Source: an uncultured Mycoplasmatota bacterium
GTDB taxonomy: Bacteria > Bacillota_I > Bacilli_A > RF39 > UBA660
Direction of reading: 5' to 3'
DNA length: 64,000 bases
Assembly (NCBI GenBank): GCA_947643405.1
Contig: CANRVY010000005.1
Coordinates: forward strand, 103 to 64,102
Shown here: positions 18,696 to 28,343 of the stretch, one piece after another
Numbering within the stretch: position 1 is the first letter of the stretch
How the letters are laid out: the number at the start of each line of letters is the position of its first letter
Made by a program: the position numbers and the translations under genes
Notes under the pieces: generated by a model
Database searches by the model: none
Seen by the model: the letters and a program-made list of their open reading frames with translations, nothing else
Told to the model about the DNA's origin: nothing

Positions 18696-20067
18696 AAAAG
18701 TTCAGTTTTTCTTCAATATAGGAAGCCACTTCATCTACTTTCAAAGTTATCTGCTCCATTGTATCCCTATCTCTTATTGTAACTGTATTTTCATTTAACG
18801 TATTGTCATCAATCGTGATTGCAAATGGTGTTCCCATAATATCACTTCTGCGATATCTTTTTCCAATATTTCCTGCTTCATCATAAGCTACCATAAAATG
18901 AGAAGCTAAAGTTTTATAGATTTCCATTGCTTTTTCACTATGATACTTTTTAATTAAAGGAAGAATAGAAACTTTATAAGGGGCTAATGCTGGATGAAGA
19001 GATAGTACTTCTCTAATTTCATCATTTTCCAATGTTTCTGTACGATAAGCATCGCATAAGAAAGCAAGTACAACACGGTCTGCTCCTAAACTTGGCTCAA
19101 TGACATATGGAATATATTTTTCATTCGTTTCTGGATCTAAATATTCCATGCTTTGCTTTGAAACATTTTGATGTTGTGTTAAATCATAATCAGTTCTACT
19201 TGCAACTCCCCATAATTCTCCCCAACCAAATGGAAATAAAAATTCAAAGTCTGTTGTTGCATTACTATAATGACTCAATTCTTCTTGCTCATGGTCACGT
19301 GTTCTGATATTCTCTTTTTTCATCCCTAAATTGAGTAACCAGTTATAGCAATAATCTTTCCAATACTGAAACCATTCTAATTCGGTTCCAGGTTTACAGA
19401 AAAACTCTAATTCCATTTGTTCAAACTCACGTGTTCTAAAAGTAAAGTTTCCTGGAGTAATTTCATTTCTAAAACTTTTTCCAACTTGTGCAATTCCAAA
19501 TGGCACTTTTAATCTCATACTTCTCGCTACATTCATGAAATTCACGAATATTCCTTGCGCTGTTTCTGGTCTTAAATAAACTGTGCTTTTGGCATCCTCT
19601 GTAACCCCTTGAAATGTTTTAAACATTAAATTGAATTGTCTAATATCTGTATAGTTTAATTTACCACAATTTGGACAAACTATCTGATGTTCTTTAATAT
19701 AATCAAGTAGTTTTTCATTGCTCCAGCCACCAGCTTCTATTCCACTATGCTCTTCCACTAATTTGTCTGCTCGATGTCTTGTTTTACATTCTTTACAGTC
19801 AATTAACGGATCAGAGAAAGTCGCCAAGTGTCCACTTGCTTCCCATGTTTTAGGATTCATTAAAATGGCACTATCCATTCCTACATTATAAATACTCTCT
19901 TGAACAAATTTTTTCATCCATGCTTTCTTTACATTGTTTTTAAGTTCTACCCCAAGTGGACCGTAATCCCAAGTATTGGCAAGACCACCATATATTTCAC
20001 TTCCCTTAAAGATAAATCCATATTGCTTACACAAATTTACAATCTTATCCATTGTTACTTTTTCCAT
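18694..20067 (-). CDS. glyQS: Glycine--tRNA ligase (dimeric class II, GlyQS)
   Basis: N-terminus [32 protein letters not shown] is typical of GlyQS. 457 aa. Preceded by a T-box leader. Confidence 0.9.
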   Translation of the reverse strand: MEKVTMDKIVNLCKQYGFIFKGSEIYGGLANTWDYGPLGVELKNNVKKAWMKKFVQESIYNVGMDSAILMNPKTWEASGHLATFSDPLIDCKECKTRHRADKLVEEHSGIEAGGWSNEKLLDYIKEHQIVCPNCGKLNYTDIRQFNLMFKTFQGVTEDAKSTVYLRPETAQGIFVNFMNVARSMRLKVPFGIAQVGKSFRNEITPGNFTFRTREFEQMELEFFCKPGTELEWFQYWKDYCYNWLLNLGMKKENIRTRDHEQEELSHYSNATTDFEFLFPFGWGELWGVASRTDYDLTQHQNVSKQSMEYLDPETNEKYIPYVIEPSLGADRVVLAFLCDAYRTETLENDEIREVLSLHPALAPYKVSILPLIKKYHSEKAMEIYKTLASHFMVAYDEAGNIGKRYRRSDIMGTPFAITIDDNTLNENTVTIRDRDTMEQITLKVDEVASYIEEKLNF

Positions 20068-20074
20068 ATAATCT

Positions 20075-20250
20075 CCTCTTTTCTATTATCAATGAGAAAC
20101 AAAAATTCTCTTAGAATGTAAGGACGAGTTACCCCGCGGTTCCACCTTACTTATTCTAAGAGAATCAGCTTATCCTATATTGCTCTTGGTTTCCAAGCCA
20201 GTCATCGCATTGATTATTTATATTTTACTGGTAATTTTTTCATTCGTCAA
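20075..20250 (-). promoter_or_regulatory. T-box riboswitch leader upstream of glyQS
   Basis: Minus-strand sequence contains the T-box motif GGUGGAACCGCGGGG (UGGA bulge, with N=A as expected for a tRNA with discriminator U such as tRNA-Gly). An alternative terminator follows, then the RBS. Confidence 0.75.
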
Positions 20251-20256
20251 TAGTTT

Positions 20257-22155
20257 TTAACGATAAAGTTCAATTAGATATCCTACTACATTTTCAAAAT
20301 CAATTGTTTCTAAGCTTCCCAATTCTTTATTTGCACTTTCATTACTATTTGGAACCTCAATTACAATTGACTTTTCCTCACCTGAAGCAATCTCTTGATT
20401 TAATATAACATTTCTTACATTTTCATTATCTTTATCAAATAATTTTAATTGACCATTTAAAGTTCTTGCATCAGTACCATTATTTTTTACATTTAATGTT
20501 ACAGATAACGTTGCTTTATCTTCTGATAAAATTGCTTTTTGATAAGTGACAATCCAGTTATTATAATCTATTATATGATTTCCTGTTGTACTCGTTAACT
20601 TCTTTTCATTTGAAGGTTCTTTTTTCACACCATTACAAGTATATCCTTCTTCTAAATAATATTCATTTGCTTCATCATAAGTTAGTTTCCATGTGTCATC
20701 TTTTTCTTCTTCTGTCGCTTTTTCATAGTTACGATCAATAAAGACTTGATAAATATATTTCTTGTCATCATATTTAAAAGTATATTTTTGCCCATCTGTA
20801 TTTTTTAATTCTTGACTGAATAATTTAATCATAGCTTTTCTTTCCATATAAATATCTGCATCACGCATTGTAACAGTTGTATGTTCTTCTGATCTTAAAA
20901 TGTTCTTACTAGTATTGTCATATATAAATGTAATACTCTTATTTTCTAAACTATTGTCTTCTTCGTTTTCTGTTTCTATTGTACATACTAAATTTGATGT
21001 TTTTGGCTGTTCTGGTTCTTTTATCTCTGAGTCATTTGGCTTGTTTGGTTGTTCATTCATTTGAGGTTCTAAAACAAATACATAAACAACAGCAATTGAA
21101 GCTATCAATAAAAGAGTAATAATCATAAGTATTATAATACTTGTTTTTCCTTTTTTCTTTTCTTTTCTTCTTTTTTTACCATCATAGATTTGTTCAAACT
21201 TAACTGGTTCTTCTACTGGTGGTTCTGGATTTAAATTTGGTTCTACTGGTGGTATTCCTACTACACTCATATTATTAACTGGAGTTACCACCTCTGTAAT
21301 TGGTATTACAGGTGGTACTGTAGGTTCTATTTCTGAATTTGGTACTGAAGTCTGATTTATATTTTCTACTGGTATTATGTTTGGTTGAACTGGTTCTATA
21401 GATGGTATTGGTTGTACATTTTGAATTACTGGTTCTTGTGTTAGATTTTGAGTCACTTCTGGCATTGAAGTAGAAGTTGGCTCTTCTGATAATTCTGTAT
21501 TTTTGTCAGTTTCTATTGAAGAGGTTGATTGTACACTGAAAGTGATTGGTTTCTGTGCTTCATTTTGATTTGTAGAGATAGTCACTTCTGGCGTTGAAAT
21601 AGAAGTTGGCTCTACATTTTGGCCACCTTCTAAATTTTCTACTGAATCAGACATTTCTACGTTTGATTCTAATACTTCATCACTATTTCCTACAAACTGT
21701 ATTTCCTCTGGTTGGTCCTTTATTTTAGAACTCTTTTTCATTAAAAAGCTTGGCAAAGTAATATTTGCATCTATTTCTTCTTTTTTAGGGAGCGTAAAGA
21801 AATTTGGATACTGATCCATTTTTTCTTCAAACAAGTCAGAACTTACAATACTCATTCTTTCAATCATACTAAAATCGACAAATTCAATTTCATTATTCAC
21901 TTCTCCTGAAAATACTTGTTTAAAATATGAAAATACTTGGCGTCTTTCAGATTCTGTTTCGCATTTAAATAACAAGTATTGATCTTTTAAAAATGAAACT
22001 CTTCCAATATAAATATCAAAACGAACATCCTTTTTTTTCTTAGGAACTTCGGTGTATGCCAAATACTGATTTTGGTTATATATAATTTTAAACCCTACAG
22101 CTATCTCAACATAATGGTCTTCTTTTGTTGTATCTTTTACTTTTTTCTTTTCCAT
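20257..22155 (-). CDS. Membrane-anchored hypothetical protein. Cytoplasmic N-domain, Pro/Thr/Glu-rich low-complexity linker, single TM, roughly 270-aa extracellular C-domain.
   Basis: PEV/PTS-rich repeats (STPEVTISTNQ, STSMPEVTQN, PVIPITEVVTPV). KKRRKEKKKGK followed by a TM helix. Confidence 0.5.
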   Translation of the reverse strand: MEKKKVKDTTKEDHYVEIAVGFKIIYNQNQYLAYTEVPKKKKDVRFDIYIGRVSFLKDQYLLFKCETESERRQVFSYFKQVFSGEVNNEIEFVDFSMIERMSIVSSDLFEEKMDQYPNFFTLPKKEEIDANITLPSFLMKKSSKIKDQPEEIQFVGNSDEVLESNVEMSDSVENLEGGQNVEPTSISTPEVTISTNQNEAQKPITFSVQSTSSIETDKNTELSEEPTSTSMPEVTQNLTQEPVIQNVQPIPSIEPVQPNIIPVENINQTSVPNSEIEPTVPPVIPITEVVTPVNNMSVVGIPPVEPNLNPEPPVEEPVKFEQIYDGKKRRKEKKKGKTSIIILMIITLLLIASIAVVYVFVLEPQMNEQPNKPNDSEIKEPEQPKTSNLVCTIETENEEDNSLENKSITFIYDNTSKNILRSEEHTTVTMRDADIYMERKAMIKLFSQELKNTDGQKYTFKYDDKKYIYQVFIDRNYEKATEEEKDDTWKLTYDEANEYYLEEGYTCNGVKKEPSNEKKLTSTTGNHIIDYNNWIVTYQKAILSEDKATLSVTLNVKNNGTDARTLNGQLKLFDKDNENVRNVILNQEIASGEEKSIVIEVPNSNESANKELGSLETIDFENVVGYLIELYR

Positions 22156-22239
22156 TCTATCATCTACTTTCCTATATTATAGTGTAACATTGTATGAATT
22201 AAATTGCAATTAGAAACATAAAAAAAACATCTTTCGATG

Positions 22240-22677
22240 TCAAATATGAGAAAAAAGTAAAGCCATACTAATTCCAAGCAACACTCCCATAAAAACTTCT
22301 AATGGTTTATGCCCTACTTGCTCTTTTAAATGAAACATTCCAGATTCGGAATCCTTACTAAAAACTTCATCAAAAATTTGGTTAATTGCAGCTGCTTGTT
22401 TTCCACTCTCTCTTCTAAGCCCCATAGCATCATAAGCGACAATGATAGAAAATACAAGAGCAAGTGCAAATATTGGTGTTTCAAATCCCATTTTTAGGCC
22501 AATTAATGAAGTCAATGAAAAGGTAAAGGATGTATGACTACTTGGCATTCCTCCACTTCCATTAAATAATCTTCCCCATTTTAATGTTCCAGCCATCCAA
22601 GATTCTGTCATAAACTTGATAAGTTGACAGAGAATTAAGGTTGTAAATGGACAGGTTAAATATATAAACTCCTTCAT
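22240..22677 (-). CDS. Divergent PAP2 family membrane protein (DUF212, YuiD-like)
   Basis: GGMPSSHTSFTFSLTS...AYDAMGLRRESGKQA motifs typical of DUF212/divergent PAP2. Confidence 0.65.
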   Translation of the reverse strand: MKEFIYLTCPFTTLILCQLIKFMTESWMAGTLKWGRLFNGSGGMPSSHTSFTFSLTSLIGLKMGFETPIFALALVFSIIVAYDAMGLRRESGKQAAAINQIFDEVFSKDSESGMFHLKEQVGHKPLEVFMGVLLGISMALLFSHI

Positions 22678-22685
22678 ATAAACTC

Positions 22686-23426
22686 CTAACTAATTGTTGC
22701 TTTGCTGATATTTTTTAAAAATTCCTTACTTTTTAGATAAAGTCCTGTATATTCACTATAGTATTCATCTAAAAAGTCATTGATTTCACGTTTGCTTTGG
22801 TCTTTTACTTCTAATTTTGTAATTTTAGAAACGTCTACATAATAAAACATTCTGATTAATTTAATGGTGTTACTACTAACCATGTTTTCATTGGTATAGC
22901 AATTTCTACATACATATCCACCTTTTATACTAGAAAGTGTTACAATAGAAGCTTTACTTCCGCAAATACTGCAAGCATCAATAACAGGCATAACACCTAA
23001 AAAATAAAGATATTTGAGTTCTAGTATATTGGTAATAATCATTGGATCATAACCTTCATTTATTTTAGTAATTCCTTCTATTAATAAATTAAAAATTCTA
23101 TCATTGCTATTTTGTTTATAAACTTGTTCAGTTAGTTCTAATAGAAAACTCGCATAACTAATTCTTGTAATGTCTGTTTTTAAATTTCGATATGGATTGA
23201 TAACATCGACACTAGTCAAGCTTGATAATTTATTTTCTTTATAATAAATATGAAAAAAGCCATAAGTTAGCTTATCTGTGACACTTCTTAAATCGCTTTT
23301 CATATTTTTAGCGCCTTTTGCCATTAAACCGATAATGCCATGTTCCTTTGTTAAAACATTCACAATTTTACTAGTTTCTCCATAACTTTTCACATTCAAA
23401 ATGATGCCTTCTACTTTTTCAATCAT
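22686..23426 (-). CDS. recO: DNA repair protein RecO
   Basis: N-terminal OB-fold start MIEKVEGIIL..K.YGE...V..L.KE.G and C-terminal zinc-finger cysteines (CSICG...CRNC). Conserved position upstream of era. Confidence 0.8.
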   Translation of the reverse strand: MIEKVEGIILNVKSYGETSKIVNVLTKEHGIIGLMAKGAKNMKSDLRSVTDKLTYGFFHIYYKENKLSSLTSVDVINPYRNLKTDITRISYASFLLELTEQVYKQNSNDRIFNLLIEGITKINEGYDPMIITNILELKYLYFLGVMPVIDACSICGSKASIVTLSSIKGGYVCRNCYTNENMVSSNTIKLIRMFYYVDVSKITKLEVKDQSKREINDFLDEYYSEYTGLYLKSKEFLKNISKATIS

Positions 23427-23428
23427 TC

Positions 23429-23653
23429 TTATTCACCGATGTACTCAAAACGATATTCTTGTTCTACTTCTGGATATTTTTCATGATCTACTTTTGATAA
23501 AAACATATCATATGGTCTTGCCCATATTTCACCCGTGTCTTCATGAGTATAAATTACCATATTCTCTAAAGTTTCTGAATGTTTGGCAATCGCAATTACT
23601 TTGTGTAATGTTCCTTTAAAATGCTTGTATTTTCCTCCAACTACTACTTCCAT
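23429..23653 (-). CDS. DUF1653-like small protein
   Basis: 74 aa, GGKYKHFKG...YTHEDTGEIWARP pattern. Confidence 0.5.
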   Translation of the reverse strand: MEVVVGGKYKHFKGTLHKVIAIAKHSETLENMVIYTHEDTGEIWARPYDMFLSKVDHEKYPEVEQEYRFEYIGE

Positions 23654-23741
23654 ATTATTTTTTCTCCTCTTCTTTCCATTTCATATAATATTCTATTTTT
23701 CCTGTTGTTCTAAATAATTCCCACAATAATTCTTTTTTCAT
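23652..23741 (-). CDS. Possible small ORF (29 aa, MKKELLWELFRTTGEKIEYYMKWKEEEKK) with GGTGAG RBS. Its stop overlaps the start of the downstream gene.
   Basis: Manual translation only. Weak support, and coordinates are uncertain by about 3 nt (my reading of this stretch differed from the ORF-track translation by one codon). Confidence 0.2.
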
Positions 23742-23790
23742 AATCTCACCTTATTTTTATAGTGAGACAAGATAAATTATTTTATACAAA

Positions 23791-24678
23791 TTACTTTAAA
23801 GAATCATAATATCCAAATTCTATTAAATATTTTTCTTTATCTCTCCATTTTGGAATTGTTTTTACAAATAATTCCAAATAAATTTTCTTATTCATTATTT
23901 TTTCTATGTCAATTCTAGCTTGGACTCCAATTTTTTTAATCATAGAGCCATTTTTCCCAATAATAATTCTCTTTAACGAATCTCTATCAACAATGATTGC
24001 AACATGAATGTGAAATGCTTGGTTTTGCTTTTCTATTGCTTCTGTGACACAAGTAACAGAATGTGGTACTTCCTCTTCTGTCAATAAAAATACTTTTTCT
24101 CTTACCATTTCAGAAATTAAAAATGGTAATGACTGATTGGTAACAGTACCAGAATCAAAATATTGCACTTGATCAGGCAAATATTTTTTTAATGTCTCTA
24201 CGATATCATTTACATTATCTTTTTTTAGAGCTGATACGGGAATAAATTCTTTAAAATCATATAATTTTTGATAAGACACAATTTTTTCTAAAATTTGTTC
24301 TTTTGGTATTTTATCAATTTTATTTAATATTAATAATACTGGTTTCTGTACTTCTTTTAACCGCTCTATGATATATTTATCGCCTGGTCCTAATTCTTCA
24401 CTAACATCTATCAAAAATAATATTACATCAACATCATTGATACTATAATAAGCTTGCTCATTTAAAATACTTCCTAATTTATGTGTTGGCTTATGTATCC
24501 CTGGGGTATCTACAAATACAATTTGTGTTTCATTATCATTGTAAATTCCTTGTATGATATTTCTTGTCGTTTGAGGTTTTGGAGATGTAATGGCAACTTT
24601 CGTTCCCACAATTTCATTTAGTAAAGTAGATTTTCCCACATTTGGTCTTCCAATTAAACTTACAAATCCACTTTTCAT
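23791..24678 (-). CDS. era: GTPase Era
   Basis: G1 motif GRPNVGKSTLLN, DTPG, NKID, and a C-terminal KH domain. 295 aa. Confidence 0.9.
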   Translation of the reverse strand: MKSGFVSLIGRPNVGKSTLLNEIVGTKVAITSPKPQTTRNIIQGIYNDNETQIVFVDTPGIHKPTHKLGSILNEQAYYSINDVDVILFLIDVSEELGPGDKYIIERLKEVQKPVLLILNKIDKIPKEQILEKIVSYQKLYDFKEFIPVSALKKDNVNDIVETLKKYLPDQVQYFDSGTVTNQSLPFLISEMVREKVFLLTEEEVPHSVTCVTEAIEKQNQAFHIHVAIIVDRDSLKRIIIGKNGSMIKKIGVQARIDIEKIMNKKIYLELFVKTIPKWRDKEKYLIEFGYYDSLK

Positions 24679-25064
24679 AATTTTAGATCCTCTTCATCAA
24701 ATGGGTAAGGACATAATTCTTCTACTAAAAATTCTTTTTTTTCACCACTGTTATTCATACAAATTACTTTCTTATTCTTTTCCATCATTTCTGTAATTAT
24801 TTGTCTACAAATAAAACAACAAGTACTAATTTTAGGACTATCTACCATGATATACAAAGCTTCAAAATCATGTGGTTTATACCCATGACTAATCGCACTC
24901 ACAAAAGCACTTCTTTCTGCACATATCGCAGCTCCATAAGAAGCATTTTCTACATTCACTCCTAAGAATTCTTTCCCATCTTTAGTTACTAATATGGCAG
25001 CTACTCTAAATTTAGAGTATGGACTATAAGAGTTTTCTAATAATTGTTCTAATTTTTCTTTCAT
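24675..25064 (-). CDS. cdd: Cytidine deaminase
   Basis: CAERSA zinc-binding motif and C-terminal CxxC. 129 aa. Confidence 0.85.
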   Translation of the reverse strand: MKEKLEQLLENSYSPYSKFRVAAILVTKDGKEFLGVNVENASYGAAICAERSAFVSAISHGYKPHDFEALYIMVDSPKISTCCFICRQIITEMMEKNKKVICMNNSGEKKEFLVEELCPYPFDEEDLKL

Positions 25065-25072
25065 AACATCAC

Positions 25073-25471
25073 CTATTTTAATAAATCTAATAATTTTGGT
25101 AAAAAAATTATTATTCCAACTATCATTGAAGTGAGCGCAAATACCAAAACTGTCGCTGCCGCAGTATCCTTAGCTATTTTTGCCAATTCATTTTTTTCAT
25201 GGCAAGTTAAATCTACCACTGTTTCTATAAAAGTATTCATTAATTCAGTCCCTATTACAAGACCTATCAAAAGGATGCAAATTAGCCATTCCATCATACT
25301 AATTTGTAATAAAATCCCCATCACTATCACAAAAACAGCCATAAAGACATGAATCATCATGTTTTGCTCATTTTTTAAAGCATATAACAATCCTTCCATC
25401 GCATATTTAAAGCTATAAAAAAGTCTTTTTAGTCCAAATTTTTTTCGTTTATCTCTTGATTCCAAATCCAT
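25073..25471 (-). CDS. dgkA: Diacylglycerol kinase (prokaryotic DgkA family)
   Basis: RLFYSFKYAMEGL start, three TM segments, roughly 130 aa. Confidence 0.8.
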   Translation of the reverse strand: MDLESRDKRKKFGLKRLFYSFKYAMEGLLYALKNEQNMMIHVFMAVFVIVMGILLQISMMEWLICILLIGLVIGTELMNTFIETVVDLTCHEKNELAKIAKDTAAATVLVFALTSMIVGIIIFLPKLLDLLK

Positions 25472-25898
25472 CTAAAATCAACTCCTGACGTTCAAACATA
25501 ACTTTTTCTTCTTCTTTTTCCATATGATCATATCCAAGAAGGTGTAATAATCCATGGACTGCTAAAAAGGAAAGTTCTCGTTTGAAAGAATGTCCATAAA
25601 GTTCTGCCTGTTCTTTGGCTTTTTCTATAGAAATATAAATATCACCTAATATTCTAGGCATTCCTTCTATATTTGGACAAATCTTATCATCTTCTAAAGC
25701 AAACGAAATAACATCAGTTGGCCGATCAATTCCACGATATTCCAAATTCATTTTATGAATTGTTTTATTATCAATCAAAATCAAATTAAATACGACTGTT
25801 TCTACTTGCTCCTTTTTTAGTGTATATTCCATCAGTTCTTTTAAAGCTTTTAAGTCTACTATTTCATCTGTTTTATTAAATACTTCAATTTCATTCAT
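25449..25898 (-). CDS. ybeY: rRNA maturation RNase YbeY
   Basis: HGLLHLLGYDH zinc-binding motif near the C-terminus. Confidence 0.85.
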   Translation of the reverse strand: MNEIEVFNKTDEIVDLKALKELMEYTLKKEQVETVVFNLILIDNKTIHKMNLEYRGIDRPTDVISFALEDDKICPNIEGMPRILGDIYISIEKAKEQAELYGHSFKRELSFLAVHGLLHLLGYDHMEKEEEKVMFERQELILDGFGIKR

Positions 25899-26513
25899 TT
25901 ATACGACTCCCCAATTATACAAATACAAAATTGCACCTGCAATTAATATTACTATTAGTATATTATAAATCATTTGCTTTTTCAATATTGGAGGAATATG
26001 TTCTTTCATTTTGTTGATGCAATAATAAACCAAAAACCCTAATAAAGCTCCAATGATGTTTAGTAAAATATCATCTACATCAAATACTCTTCCAATTTGA
26101 AGTTGAGTGAATTCAATCGTAAAAGAAGTCAAAATAGCAAGTAAAAAAATTGATATTGGTTTTTTCAATTTTAAAAAATAGGAAACAAAAAAACCATATG
26201 GCATAAACATAATCATGTTTCCTAATACATTTTTGAAAAATAATGTTGAGCCAATTTGATATCTGAACATTTCCTTAAAAGGAACAAAGTTAGAAGTTGA
26301 CCAACTAACATCTTGAAATGTCACAACATAGAATAAACACATCACATAAATAATGAAACAAAGACCTAATAATTCTTTATAAAAAATGATTTCTTTTTTC
26401 TCTTTGATAATCCAAACAATTCGCATGGATACAACAATTACGGAACAAATTAAAACCATAGGCCAAGTTCCACTAAAAATACTTAAAAAAGTAGTGCGAA
26501 ACATATTAACCAC
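25899..26513 (-). CDS. Integral membrane protein, VanZ-like (tentative)
   Basis: Four to five TM segments, 204 aa. Family assignment is weak. Confidence 0.4.
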   Translation of the reverse strand: MVNMFRTTFLSIFSGTWPMVLICSVIVVSMRIVWIIKEKKEIIFYKELLGLCFIIYVMCLFYVVTFQDVSWSTSNFVPFKEMFRYQIGSTLFFKNVLGNMIMFMPYGFFVSYFLKLKKPISIFLLAILTSFTIEFTQLQIGRVFDVDDILLNIIGALLGFLVYYCINKMKEHIPPILKKQMIYNILIVILIAGAILYLYNWGVV

Positions 26514-27683
26514 CTACTTACTTTCTATTTCCTCTGTTATATTTTGATAACTTGTAATATCTTCTAACACTGTAAAAAATATTTCTAATACTATTCTACT
26601 ATCTTTTACTTCAACTTTCAAATTTTTTTGACTAATTATTTCTTCTTTGTCAGAAAGTTGACTTTCCATTTTATTTCTTGCTAAGGCTTCTGCTTTTAAA
26701 ATGGCTTCATCCTCTGTATTTAGCTCATCAATTTCAGTTGTTTCAAATTGTTTTTCTTTTGCTAAAACAATTGGCAAAAAAGAATGTTTTAAAAGTACTG
26801 TTTTTTCAACCTTTTTCGTTTTGTAATAGTGAAATGGAAACAATTGAAAATTTTGATTTAAAAATTGGAATGTGTAAGCAGTTTGTTTTTTGCCAGTTTT
26901 CCTTATTTCTTGATATGCAAATGGATAAGAAACAGTTACTTTATACCAAACTTCTCCATAAACTTTTCCTTCTGCTGGAACCGTTTCTTTTTGTTCTTCA
27001 TTTAATTTTAGACTTCCACTAATAATAATATCTCCAGTGCTAACATAATCATTCGTACTTCTAATAATTTCTCCTTTGGTTGCTTCTACTCTTCTTATAA
27101 TTGCGCTTTTTTTAGCTACCACATTCCTTTTTTCGGTTTCTTCTTTTGATGGTTTTAATTTTCTCATTTCTACTCGTACTACATATTTTGTTCCAACTGC
27201 TTCTATTTCTAACCATTCTATTTTATCCCTATTTTCATTTATAATTTGTTCTTTTATTTTTTCTAATTCAGAAAAATTTTTTTTGATACTCCCTTTTTTA
27301 ATTCCTTGTTCTTCTAACTCCTTATATAAAAGGGTTCTAAGCTCTTTATTGGTATGAACAATTTCGATATCATATATAATGTTGGATAGACCATATAAAA
27401 AAAGTAGTGCCAAAGCTAGTCCAATTAAAAAAAAGCGATTGAGTTTCATTTTTTTCTTAATTTCTATCATGCCCGAAGTACCAATCTGATCAATTTCATA
27501 AATTGTTTTTAGTTCCATCACGCTATTATAATGTTCAGCATAAATTGTAATAATTACTGTTTTATAATTTGTATATTCTAATTTTAATATTTCTATATGA
27601 TGACTATAAAGCCTATGAATAAAACGTTCTATATTTCTTCCAGTAATTTTTAACTGCACTTTACTTTTTAATAACTCTTTCAT
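26514..27683 (-). CDS. yqfD: Sporulation protein YqfD-like
   Basis: Roughly 390 aa, N-terminal LKITGRNIERFIHRL region and a central TM segment. Conserved synteny yqfC-yqfD upstream of the ybeY/dgkA/cdd/era/recO cluster. Confidence 0.6.
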   Translation of the reverse strand: MKELLKSKVQLKITGRNIERFIHRLYSHHIEILKLEYTNYKTVIITIYAEHYNSVMELKTIYEIDQIGTSGMIEIKKKMKLNRFFLIGLALALLFLYGLSNIIYDIEIVHTNKELRTLLYKELEEQGIKKGSIKKNFSELEKIKEQIINENRDKIEWLEIEAVGTKYVVRVEMRKLKPSKEETEKRNVVAKKSAIIRRVEATKGEIIRSTNDYVSTGDIIISGSLKLNEEQKETVPAEGKVYGEVWYKVTVSYPFAYQEIRKTGKKQTAYTFQFLNQNFQLFPFHYYKTKKVEKTVLLKHSFLPIVLAKEKQFETTEIDELNTEDEAILKAEALARNKMESQLSDKEEIISQKNLKVEVKDSRIVLEIFFTVLEDITSYQNITEEIESK

Positions 27684-27687
27684 TTTT

Positions 27688-27927
27688 TCACCTAAGTTCT
27701 ATTGCTTCAATGCTTCCCAAAATCAAGATTTCTTCTTGCATTAATTTTGATACAACTAACTCTTTTCCTTTTACAATAACTTCCCCATTTTTATGATAGA
27801 TTCTAACTTGTCTACTATCAAAGTGACCTATCGATTCATAGTTCACAATATTGACTTTATTTTGGTAAACATGAATAGAAAATTCCTCTTCTAATATAAA
27901 ACTTCTAAAATCATTAAATAACTTCAT
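27688..27927 (-). CDS. yqfC: YabP/YqfC family sporulation protein-like
   Basis: 79 aa, alternating beta-strand pattern ...VRIYHKNGEVIVKGKELVV..L..EEILILGSIEAIEL typical of YabP/YqfC. Confidence 0.55.
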   Translation of the reverse strand: MKLFNDFRSFILEEEFSIHVYQNKVNIVNYESIGHFDSRQVRIYHKNGEVIVKGKELVVSKLMQEEILILGSIEAIELR

Positions 27928-27975
27928 GATACCACCCTATCTCAGTATATGAAAAAAAGAATCTTACTATGATTC

Positions 27976-28275
27976 TTATTCCACCACACTTAAATTTCCA
28001 CCATATTTGATATCATAATCATCTAACATATCATAAAAACTTTCTTTATCTAAAGCTACTACTTCTTTAATATCAATCATAATATCCATAGTTCCATATT
28101 CATTCAAAATATAGTAAAGTTTACGCTTTAATTCTATTATGTTTTTTCTATTTGCCATTCCCTTTACAGTAATATATAATGTGTTTTTACTAAATTCAAT
28201 ATCTGTTTTAAACATAATAATCAGCTCCAAATACACTATATCACACCGCTTAATCCTTTTAAATGAATTCGACAA
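27976..28275 (-). CDS. Hypothetical small protein. The true start is probably the internal Met at about 28215 (MFKTDIEF...).
   Basis: ORF only. Its N-terminal extension overlaps the divergent murT promoter region. Confidence 0.35.
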   Translation of the reverse strand: MSNSFKRIKRCDIVYLELIIMFKTDIEFSKNTLYITVKGMANRKNIIELKRKLYYILNEYGTMDIMIDIKEVVALDKESFYDMLDDYDIKYGGNLSVVE

Positions 28276-28343
28276 AACTAGAAAAAAGTTGTATTTTCGA
28301 ATTCGTTTATGATAAAATAAAAGTGATTTTAAAGAGGTGTAAC

